A DNA stretch of 64,000 nt, from positions 192,001-256,000 of the forward strand of contig CAWCNS010000005.1 in the NCBI GenBank assembly GCA_963796965.1. Reading direction: 5' to 3'. The notes under the pieces are model-generated. The model ran no database searches, was not told where the DNA came from, and saw only the letters and a program-made list of their open reading frames with translations. The DNA is from Calditrichia bacterium. Lineage in GTDB: Bacteria > Calditrichota > Calditrichia > JAJRVZ01. This document shows, piece after piece, positions 54,869 through 64,000 of the stretch. Within the stretch, counting starts at the first letter, position 1. Each line of letters begins with the position of its first letter. The position numbers were made by a program, and so were the translations under genes.

Positions 54869-57800
54869 ATGAAAAATGAATCAAAAGAAATGATATCAAG
54901 GGCCGGTGATTTTTTTAAATTTACTACCACCCGACCCGTTGCAATATTAATGGTAGTTATAGGTATTTGCGTTTTTGGGTATATATCGTATCAGCAGTTA
55001 CCGCTCAACCTAATGCCGGATATTTCATATCCTTCACTAACGGTGCGTACCGAATATACGGGTACTGCGCCGGAAGAAATCGAAACAACCATTTCAAGAC
55101 CAATTGAGCAAGCCCTTGGCGTTGTTGATAATCTGGTCAGTTTGCAGTCGATCTCGAAGGCAGGCCAATCAGATATAATCCTGGAGTTCACCTGGGATAC
55201 CGATATGAATGATGCAACGTCTGATGTGAGGGAAAAACTTGATCAAGTTTTTTTGCCTGAAGAGGTAAATCGTCCAATTATTTTAAGATACGATCCCACT
55301 CTTGATCCGATCATGCGCCTTGGTTTGTTTGGAGAAAGATCATTGTTTTATCTGCGGTATCTAGGAGAGGAAGACATTAAAAGACGTCTGGAAACTGTCG
55401 ATGGTGTGGCGGCAATAAAAGTAAAGGGCGGGCTTGAAGAAGAAATTCGCGTTGAACTGAATGAGCAAAAATTAACCTTGATTGGAATAAATATTCAGCA
55501 GGTTAAAAATAGATTAGCACAAGAGAATATTAACCTGGCCGGAGGAAATCTAAAAGAAGGTCAAACAGAATATATCGTCCGCACGCTCAATGAATTTACT
55601 GAGGTTGATGAAATTGGTGAAGTCGTTATTGGAAATTGGAATGGCCGCGAAATTAAAGTCCGCGATGTCGCCGAGGTGAAGCGAACGAATAAAGAACGTG
55701 AGATCATTACGCGAATAAATGGTGAAGAAAGTGTTGAAATTGAAATTTATAAAGAGGCTGATGCCAATATTGTAAGTGTAGCCAAAAACGTATCTAATAT
55801 TGTTTTTGGTACTATCGAGCAGCAGGAATTTGTTGAGATAATGGAGGCAAAGGAAAAGTCAGGGGAGAAAGAGGAAGAGAAAAAGAAAAAAACAGATGAG
55901 GATAAGAAAAATGCCGGTCCTGGAAGAGGAGGAGGCCAGAACGAGGCAGAATTACATAAAAAGATAATGACAAGTTTTATATCTCATAATCTTCCTCAGG
56001 GAGTAGAAATTGAGAAACTGTCAGATCAATCAATATTTATTGAAAATGCAGTCAATGAAGTAAAATCAACAGCTGATTCTCGGTGGTATTCTTGCGGTAA
56101 TTGTATTATTTATTTTCCTACGTAATTTTACGGTTACACTGATCGTCGGCATCTCTATACCCATTTCCGTTGTGGCCACCTTTGCTCCCATGAAAATTTT
56201 TGATGTTTCTCTCAATATCATGTCATTGGGTGGACTGGCATTGGGAATTGGAATGCTCGTCGATAATTCAATTGTGGTGTTGGAGAGCATCGCCCGTTGC
56301 CGGGATGAGGGGGATGGAATTGTCGATGCGACCATTCGCGGTGTTGGTGAAGTTGGTGGCGCTGTATTTGCATCCACATTAACAACTATTGCAGTATTTT
56401 TTCCAATTGTATTTGTGGAAGGTGTTGCGGGTCAGATTTTTGGGGATATGTCTATGACCGTTGTATTTGCCCTACTTGCTTCTTTAGCAGTTGCTTTATT
56501 TTTGATTCCGATGCTTTCCTCACGGGAAACGTCAAAATTTGTGTCCGGGGTTCGTATAAAAGATTTGATGAAGGGTAATCTTCTTCATCTTAGCACGGAA
56601 GATGAAATTGGAAGTTTGATTGCTGATGAGACGAAATCCGATTCCATTATACAATTGTTTATGCAAGGAGTACTATTAATTTTTAAAACCCTGGGCATAT
56701 TGATTCTTAATATTTTAAAGATATTTACAGCTCTACTCATAACCCTTGTTAAGTTCCTGACTCTCCCAATCATTCTCCCTTTAATGCCTCTGTTTGCACT
56801 ATTAACAAAAACAGGCTTATTAAATTTTCATATCTCTGAGGTAATATTTAACTATGCGCAAAATCCTGACTTCTGGCGTGTGACATTTATAAAAGATATT
56901 TGGCCTGAATATTTAATCAACAAGTCTCTATCTACATTTTATAATGACTTGAAGGAGATGTTTGGGAAGTTCTCAGGTAAATCAATTCTCCGAAAAATTT
57001 TGAAAGCAATATTTCTACCCTTGAGTATAGTTTTTTATTTAATCAAGTACATATTCCAGATTGCAACAGAGTTGTTTTTTAGAATCGCTCATTTTACGGT
57101 TACTTCATCAGCTGTAATAATAAAATCTCTATATCTGATATTTATGATCATATTTACACCCCCATCCAGGTTGGTTTTCGCGCTTTTTAACTGGTCCTAT
57201 TCCTGGTTGGAGGACGTATATCCGCGTATCCTAAACTGGTCATTAGTAAACCGAGGGACTGTCTTAGGTACTATGTTGGTATTATTCCTTTTTTCCATTT
57301 TCATAATAGCGCCACAAATTGGAAGTGAGCTCATTCCGGAAGTCCATCAGGGAGAATTCAATCTGGAATTGACTTACCCCGTTGGAACACCTGCTGAAAT
57401 GACAGATGAGCGTGTCGCACCAATTATAGATTTTGTTGAAAAATTAAATGGAGTTAGTAAGGTCGCTGCGGTGATAGGTATAGATAAACAGGAATCTACA
57501 AAAACAGATGAAGGTGAAAATACGGCCAAATTGACAATTACACTGGACCGTGAAAGCGGCGGTAGCGTCATAAGTGAGGAAGAGCGATTAATCAGTGAAA
57601 TTCGTGATCATATGGGTGACTTTTCCGGAGTTAAATCTAAAATATCCAGGCCGACCCTGTTTAGTTTTAAAACACCAGTCGAAGTTGAAATACGCGGATT
57701 TAACTTGGTGAAGCTGCAGTCCATTGCCAGAGAGGTAGAAGAAAGTATTTCGGAAATCCCTGGATTGTTTGATGTCAAAGCAAATATCCAGAGGGGAAAT

Positions 57801-58730
57801 CCCGAGGTTCAGATAATCTATAATCGCCAGTTACTTTCTCGTTACGGACTCAATATTTTGGAAGTTGCCTCGATTGTGCGTAATAAAGTAAGAGGTGATG
57901 TAGCAACGGAATTTAAAGAAGAGGACCGGAGGATTGATGTTCTTGTCCGGGTGAGAGAAGAGGACAAAGAGACCATCGATAACCTCCGAAGACTCGTTGT
58001 CAATCCGGGTGCTGAGATTCCGATGCCCTTAGAAGCAGTGGCGGAGATACGGGTTAATGAAGGACCATCGGAGATTAGGCGTATCGATCAACAACGGACA
58101 GCTGTGATCACAGCTAATGTGAGTGGCCGTGATCTTGGAAGTGTCAGCCAGGAAATTTTCAGTATTCTCGCTAATACAGAAATGCCTGATGATTTTCTTT
58201 TTGACATCACCGGTCAAAATAAGGAAATGGAAACCTCGCTAAACAGCCTGATGATGGCCCTTGCTCTGGCGATATTTCTCGTCTACATTGTAATGGCGTC
58301 CCAGTTTGAATCGCTCTTACATCCGTTCATTATCATTTTTACAATTCCTCTGGCCATCATCGGCGTTCTGATATTTTTATATCTGTTTAATATTCCAGCC
58401 AGTGTGGTTGTTTTCCTTGGGGGAATTATGCTTGCTGGAATTGTTGTTAATAATGCTATCGTCCTCGTAGATTATATCAACCAATTGCGGGAACGGGGGA
58501 TGAAAAAAGTTGAAGCCATAATTACTGCAGGAAAAGTTCGTTTACGTCCCATCATGATGACGACCTCTACAACTGTTTTAGGGTTATTGCCCATGGCTAT
58601 CGGTGTGGGAGACGGTGCCGAAATACGTACACCAATGGCCATTACTGTAATTATCGGACTTCTTTCATCGACCATTTTAACACTTGTTGTTATCCCGACC
58701 ATGTATAGTGTGCTGGACCGTAAAGATTGA
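54869..58730 (+). CDS. RND permease (AcrB/MdtB-like), frameshift near 56075
   Basis: MPDISYP, GMLVDNSIVVLE, STLTTIAVFFP, GIVVNNAIVLVD, RLRPIMMT. Confidence 0.9.
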
Positions 58731-58760
58731 AAATTTAATATTGTAAATTGAAGATTGGAA
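58726..58760. repeat. Heptamer tandem array (ATTGAAA-like x5) upstream of the four-helix-bundle gene
   Basis: ATTGAAA ATTTAAT ATTGTAA ATTGAAG ATTGGAA. Confidence 0.75.
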
Positions 58761-58835
58761 GTTAGAAGAGTAACAATAATTATTTTAATGCGTAAATTTG
58801 AAAAGACTTCTATTTATTTTAAAAATGTGGGAGAC

Positions 58836-59201
58836 ATGTCTGAGCAAAGTGAAATATTAATGAAGCGAACAAAGACTTTTGCTCATTCTTGTGTAATTCT
58901 GGCTTCTGAATTGCCAAAAAACAATCTGGGTTGGCATTTACAAAAACAATTAATCAGATGCTCAACTTCTGTTGCAGCAAATTATAGAGCAGCTTGTCTG
59001 GCACAATCTAAAGCAAGTTTCATCGCGAAGATTAGTATCTGTTTGGAAGAATGTGATGAATCTTATTTCTGGTTGGAATTTATTAGAGATGAAAGTTTGT
59101 TTAAACTAGAAAAAATTGATCACTTAATTGCAGAGGCAAAAGAACTTAGAGCCATATTTTATGCATCCAGAAAAACAACTCGTGAAAGATTGAAGAATTA
59201 A
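58836..59201 (+). CDS. Four-helix-bundle protein (TIGR02436 / 23S rRNA IVS protein family, Avd-related)
   Basis: QLIRCSTSVAANYRAA, FIAKISICLEECDESYFWLE, EAKELRAIF; GGGAG SD before ATG 58836. Confidence 0.92.
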   Translation: MSEQSEILMKRTKTFAHSCVILASELPKNNLGWHLQKQLIRCSTSVAANYRAACLAQSKASFIAKISICLEECDESYFWLEFIRDESLFKLEKIDHLIAEAKELRAIFYASRKTTRERLKN

Positions 59202-59202
59202 T

Positions 59203-59230
59203 TTACATTTTTCAATATTCAATTTTCAAT
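59203..59230. repeat. Inverted heptamer array (TTTCAAT-like x4) downstream of the four-helix-bundle gene
   Basis: TTACATT TTTCAAT ATTCAAT TTTCAAT, the reverse complement of the upstream unit. Confidence 0.75.
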
Positions 59231-59250
59231 AAATCGAAAGTGAGAGTACC

Positions 59251-62200
59251 ATGTCGGACAAGCGTCCCGGTTTTTTTCCAAATTTTGCCATACATCGGCC
59301 AATAACTGTATTGATGACTCTTACGGCGTTATTGGTTGTTGGATATATAGCTTTTACACAGATATCTGTTGAATTAATGCCGGAGGGATTTACACCGCCA
59401 TTTTTGGGTGTGTATGTACCCTATCCTAACGCAAATCCCAGTGAAGTGGAAGAGCAGATTGCAAAACCAATCGAAGAGCAGGCCCGAACGATCAGCGGTG
59501 TTGATCGGGTATTTACAAACAGTCATAGTAATGGCTGCTTTACCCATATCAGTTTTGTGCAGGACACTGATATGGATGTTGCTTATGCGACGTTAAGAGA
59601 TCGAATGGATCGGGTAAAAGCTGAAGTTCCGGATGATGTGGAGCGTATTTGGGTATGGAAACGTGGAGAAGATGATTCCCCGGTATTATGGATAGCGCTT
59701 GTCCAATCCGGAGAATATGAAGATCCTTATTATATCATCGAACAACATGTTCAAAAGCCCCTGGAGCGTGTTGATGGTGTGGCCAAGGTCGAGGTTTGGG
59801 GAGCTGATGAAAAAGAGATCTTGATTATGATCAATCAGGACAAAGTACGTTCTTATAAGATAAATCTGTATGACATTATTGGCAAACTTCGTCAGGATAA
59901 TTTCGCCATATCATCCGGTCATGTAAACGAAGGTCAGCAAAAAATATTTGTCCGGTCATTAGGCAAATTTCACTCTTTAGAAGAGATCAAGAACTTGCCT
60001 ATCAGGGGTGCTAATTTAAAACTTAGTGATATTGCGGATGTCAAATATGATGTACCTGAAAGACGCTGGCGGCAACTTATCGATGGAAAAAAAGCGATTA
60101 GTATAGGCGTTTTTAAAGAATCGATGGCAAATACAGCAGAACTTTCCGATAAAGTATTGGATCTCTTCCTAAATAAGATAAAGAAAGAGCCAATAATGGC
60201 TGGTTTTGAAGAAGAAGTTTTGTTCAATCAGGGGTCATTTATAAAAGAGTCGATCAAAAATCTCCAGGATGCGGCCATGTGGGGAGGTTTATTTGCCTTT
60301 GCTGTGCTTTATTTCTTCCTGCGTCGATTTCGGATGACATTGATTGTTAATCTTGCTATCCCACTCTCCATATTAATCACCCTCACAACCATGTATTTTT
60401 TAGGGTGGACTCTGAATTTAATTACAATGATGGGTCTGATGGTATCAATTGGCATGGTGGTAGATAATTCTATTGTCGTTTTGGAAAATATTTACTCCAA
60501 ACGAGCGCAGGGGTTAAATAATAAAAATTCAGCCCTCTGGGGTTCAAGCGAGGTTGCCCTTGCCGTTACCATGGCGACGATGACAACCGTAGTCGTTTTT
60601 TTGCCTCTAATTTTAATGAATGACAATGTAGGATTTCGTTTCTATATGTTAAGAATCGGCTTGCCAGTAATGATCTCCCTGGTTGCATCACTATTTGTTG
60701 CGATGATATTTATTCCTTTAGCAGCCACAAAAGTAGTCAGTAAGAGAAAAGTTGAAGAGCCTATAGCAATTATAAAGACAAACGCACTTTACCAAAAAAC
60801 CTTGCGCTGGACATTATCTCACCGATTGGAAACGTCAATAATCCTGATTTTTCTAGTGATCTCAATGTTTTATGCCTCTGCTCAATCTCCTGGCACAGAC
60901 CGCATGCAGGGAAATATTAATGATGTCAGGCTGTTTTTTGATTTACCAGATAATCTGACTATCGAGGATGTTGAAAGGATTTTTAAAGTTGTTGAAGATA
61001 CGGTTAGGGTAAAAGAGGAACTGTATGATGTACGAGCAATTGATTGCAGATTTAGTCATAATTGGGGACGAATGAGTATTTTTCTCCATCCCCCTGCTCC
61101 GATGCAATGGTATGAGGCCTTTTTCAAAAATGTGAAAAAATCAATTGGTGTTTATGAGGGTGTGATGGAGCGCTCTGAGGTTGTAGAAGATCTTAAAAAA
61201 CGATTGCCCGATTTTCCCGGGGTTGAGATCCGCACCAGCTGGTTCCGTGAGGGGGGAGATGATGCTTCACTCGCTATTTCTTTATTTGGTGATGATACAG
61301 ATAAGTTAGCTGAGTTATCAAAGGAGGTTGAGCGTCGACTGCGTACAATTGAGGAGGTGGTTAGTATAGAGCCGGATAGGGAAGAAGGTAGCGATGAAAT
61401 TCGTTTACATATTAAGCGTGATCAGGCAAAAAAATACGGAATCACACCACAAATGATATCCGGTACCGTACAATATGCGCTTCGCGGCATTCCCTTGCCA
61501 AAGTACCAGACGGAAGAAAAAGAAATAGATGTATTGGTTCAATTACGGGAGGAAGACAGGCAAAATTTGTATCAATTAAAAAATCTTACTTTCTTTTCAG
61601 ACAATGGAAAGGAAATTCCCCTGGATGCTGTTGCTGATTTTACTATCAATAAAGGGTATGGCAATATAACCCGTGAAAATGGTAAAACTACGCTTAGTGT
61701 CAAAGCAAACGTATCCAAAGAAACAATGGGTGTTGTGTACGCAAAAGTCGATCAAGTGATGAATGGCTTTGAAATGCCCTATGGATATTCATGGAGCAAG
61801 GGGCAGCGTTTCAGAGATATGCAAGAAAGTGACGATAGCCAAATGTTTGCCATCATTTTAGTTATAACATTTGTTTTTCTACTAATGGGTTTCTTATTTG
61901 AATCCTTTGTTTTACCTTTATCTGTTATAATATCCATCCCATTCTCGTTCTTCGGGGCGTTCTGGCTTATGTATCTTACGGGAACACCTATCGATATGAT
62001 GAGTCGGATTGGTTTCATTATCCTGATTGGAATTGTTGTTAATAATGCCATTGTTCTTATTGATCTGGTTAACAGGTTACGTAAAGAAGGATACAGCCGA
62101 TATGATGCGATTATGGAAGCCGGTAAACAACGATTTCGCCCGATTTTAATGACAGCCTTTACCACCATAGGGGGATTGATTCCTATGGCTGTTGGTAATA

Positions 62201-62415
62201 CCCAGATGATTGGTATCCCCTATGCCCCCATGGGACGTACAATTATTGGCGGATTAATGACTTCAACTGTTTTATCGTTGATAGCAGTGCCCTGGGCATA
62301 TGTGATATTTGATGATTTGCGTAATTACTTCATGAAAATCACTGCCATGTATCTTTGGAAAGGTGAAACAAACGTAAAAATTGAAAAAGCTATTAGCGGT
62401 GGGGGAAGCCAGTAA
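59251..62415 (+). CDS. Second RND permease (AcrB/MdtC-like)
   Basis: GMVVDNSIVVLEN, GIVVNNAIVLID, RFRPILMT; 1054 aa. Confidence 0.93.
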   Translation: MSDKRPGFFPNFAIHRPITVLMTLTALLVVGYIAFTQISVELMPEGFTPPFLGVYVPYPNANPSEVEEQIAKPIEEQARTISGVDRVFTNSHSNGCFTHISFVQDTDMDVAYATLRDRMDRVKAEVPDDVERIWVWKRGEDDSPVLWIALVQSGEYEDPYYIIEQHVQKPLERVDGVAKVEVWGADEKEILIMINQDKVRSYKINLYDIIGKLRQDNFAISSGHVNEGQQKIFVRSLGKFHSLEEIKNLPIRGANLKLSDIADVKYDVPERRWRQLIDGKKAISIGVFKESMANTAELSDKVLDLFLNKIKKEPIMAGFEEEVLFNQGSFIKESIKNLQDAAMWGGLFAFAVLYFFLRRFRMTLIVNLAIPLSILITLTTMYFLGWTLNLITMMGLMVSIGMVVDNSIVVLENIYSKRAQGLNNKNSALWGSSEVALAVTMATMTTVVVFLPLILMNDNVGFRFYMLRIGLPVMISLVASLFVAMIFIPLAATKVVSKRKVEEPIAIIKTNALYQKTLRWTLSHRLETSIILIFLVISMFYASAQSPGTDRMQGNINDVRLFFDLPDNLTIEDVERIFKVVEDTVRVKEELYDVRAIDCRFSHNWGRMSIFLHPPAPMQWYEAFFKNVKKSIGVYEGVMERSEVVEDLKKRLPDFPGVEIRTSWFREGGDDASLAISLFGDDTDKLAELSKEVERRLRTIEEVVSIEPDREEGSDEIRLHIKRDQAKKYGITPQMISGTVQYALRGIPLPKYQTEEKEIDVLVQLREEDRQNLYQLKNLTFFSDNGKEIPLDAVADFTINKGYGNITRENGKTTLSVKANVSKETMGVVYAKVDQVMNGFEMPYGYSWSKGQRFRDMQESDDSQMFAIILVITFVFLLMGFLFESFVLPLSVIISIPFSFFGAFWLMYLTGTPIDMMSRIGFIILIGIVVNNAIVLIDLVNRLRKEGYSRYDAIMEAGKQRFRPILMTAFTTIGGLIPMAVGNTQMIGIPYAPMGRTIIGGLMTSTVLSLIAVPWAYVIFDDLRNYFMKITAMYLWKGETNVKIEKAISGGGSQ

Positions 62416-62625
62416 CCTGTTTTATGAACATACTGGCTCCTTTTGATATTTTCCTGAATATAATTGTTACATTAAGATACATCTTGTTTTTAAATTTAGC
62501 CTCCGGAAATCTTTGAACTAAATCCACATACCTTTGACTATCAATGTTGTATAAAATTCACAATACCTTTAAATTGCATTGTGACATATGAACCTGTTCA
62601 ATTCATCATTTAAAAGGAATTGTAT

Positions 62626-64000
62626 TTGATTAATCGATTTTTCTATATCTTCGCTTCGATGTTTCTTCTCACAAATCTTTTAATTGCACAGGATCTTCCG
62701 ATAGAGAAAAGACGTAGTCAAGAAGAAAAAAAAAGGGCAGCCCTGGAAAAAAGAGCTGCTGCTGAAAAAGATACAAGTAGAACCCGAACTCCGGAAGCTG
62801 ATGCCGAGCTCGAGGAGGCATCTCCCGATTCCTCAGATAAAATACCGGTTGAATCGAATCTCTATTGGTATGATTTGGAGGAACGACTATCGGAAAAATC
62901 TGATACCAGTCGTTTTAAGATTTATGAAGCTCAGAATGAAAAGGATCTCATTTATAAAGACATGAGTGATATCCTTCAGAATCAGCCTCTTTGGATTGAT
63001 TTTAATCTTGCCGAGACAGGTCGTCCTTCATATCTGACAAATATAAATCTATACCCTCACCAAACATCCTTCTATTACAACCGCATCTATATGAATGATG
63101 CACTTCAGGGCATGTTTAATTCCCAATTTATCCCCCTAAATTTTATACAGTCTACTGAACTTGATCAGGTAAGGGGTAATCGACGTAATTTTGGTATGGG
63201 GATGGGGAATACGCTAGATGTAACATCAAATTCTGAGCAATTCCAGGAGCCCTGGACAAGAATTGTCTACAAACAGGGTAGTTATGGATACAGCGATCTC
63301 GATATAAGTTTTTCAGTGCCATTTACCAGTACATTTGCTATGCAACTGGGTGGGTTAAATCGCTTTTTTGATGGTTCGATTCCCGATTCCGATTTTAAAG
63401 CAGAAAATTATCGGGGTGAATTTACCTGGCAATATTCAAAATCTCTCTATATTCGCACTCAAATATTTTTGAATAGAAGTAAAGTAGGCCTGGCGTCCTT
63501 TGATCCTAATCAAACATTTGCCACACCCCGTAATATTGAACATCGTGATGATGTATTTATTGATGGTACCTGGATCATTGATGATAGTACACGTCAACGG
63601 TTTCATTTTTTACTCTATCATTCTTTCTATGAACGGAGGTTCAAAGATAGTTTTACAGAATTTACATTTGTTAACAAGAGTATGAGATATGGGATTGACC
63701 TCAACTACAATTTATTCCTTGGTGGAGGGGAATTGTTAGTGGGAGCAGGTTTTGTTAATCCTGAGGTTTATGGTGATACATTTAATGAAAAATCTACCAT
63801 TCCATCTTTCAATACCTATGGCAATTTCAATCTACCCTTGAATAAAAATATATCATTCAGGGCAGCACTTCAGGCTAGTTTTGTAAAAGATTTTGATCCC
63901 CAGTTTATTCCGGGAGTTGGATTGGATTTTATTTTCTCCAAGGAACATTTTGCTTCGTTTGATATTACCATTGGGACCAGAAATCCAAATGTGACGGAAC
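62626..64000 (+). CDS. Exported outer-membrane protein, probably a TonB-dependent receptor or porin; truncated by the window end, start approximate
   Basis: Open frame to the window edge; signal-like LLTNLLIAQD; plug-like segment (YYNRIYMNDALQGMFNSQFIP) followed by amphipathic strands. Confidence 0.6.
   Translation, partial: MINRFFYIFASMFLLTNLLIAQDLPIEKRRSQEEKKRAALEKRAAAEKDTSRTRTPEADAELEEASPDSSDKIPVESNLYWYDLEERLSEKSDTSRFKIYEAQNEKDLIYKDMSDILQNQPLWIDFNLAETGRPSYLTNINLYPHQTSFYYNRIYMNDALQGMFNSQFIPLNFIQSTELDQVRGNRRNFGMGMGNTLDVTSNSEQFQEPWTRIVYKQGSYGYSDLDISFSVPFTSTFAMQLGGLNRFFDGSIPDSDFKAENYRGEFTWQYSKSLYIRTQIFLNRSKVGLASFDPNQTFATPRNIEHRDDVFIDGTWIIDDSTRQRFHFLLYHSFYERRFKDSFTEFTFVNKSMRYGIDLNYNLFLGGGELLVGAGFVNPEVYGDTFNEKSTIPSFNTYGNFNLPLNKNISFRAALQASFVKDFDPQFIPGVGLDFIFSKEHFASFDITIGTRNPNVTE

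Noticed and set aside
58836..59201. Four-helix-bundle gene as the Avd of a diversity-generating retroelement or an rRNA IVS
   Set aside because: No reverse transcriptase, TR/VR pair or rRNA sequence is seen in the window.
1564..63685. Numerous 60-145 aa ORFs antisense to or overlapping long genes
   Set aside because: They are shadows of well-supported genes with no independent evidence.

Overview
AT-rich bacterial chromosomal window. Gene content suggests a Gram-negative anaerobe or facultative anaerobe of the FCB/Calditrichota type (inference only). Many otherwise intact genes are split by single-base indels, most likely sequencing or assembly errors. From left to right: the 5' part of a Wzy-type EPS/capsule cluster (wza, wzc, priming glycosyltransferase, heparinase II/III-like protein, NDP-sugar dehydrogenase) preceded by two AraC-like regulators; a PP2C phosphatase; a cobalamin riboswitch with btuB and a beta-propeller lipoprotein; bacterioferritin; a run of outer-membrane protein genes; a histidine kinase; housekeeping genes (yciO-like, DUF72, pepD, DUF1848, GH113-like, ftcD, NUDIX); an ECF sigma/anti-sigma pair; a Hyb-type [NiFe]-hydrogenase operon headed by a Cys-rich MarR and divergent from nikR, bracketed by two paralogous SDR-plus-helical-domain proteins and a Cache histidine kinase/receiver; and an RND locus interrupted by a four-helix-bundle gene, then a truncated outer-membrane receptor. 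The most notable signals are (i) inverted tandem 7/8/9-mer repeat cassettes in many intergenic gaps, one of which encloses the four-helix-bundle gene, (ii) the possible SDR/MarR/kinase regulatory module around the hydrogenase, and (iii) a C2H2 zinc-finger-like insertion in FtcD. No CRISPR array, rRNA, tRNA or transposase was recognised.
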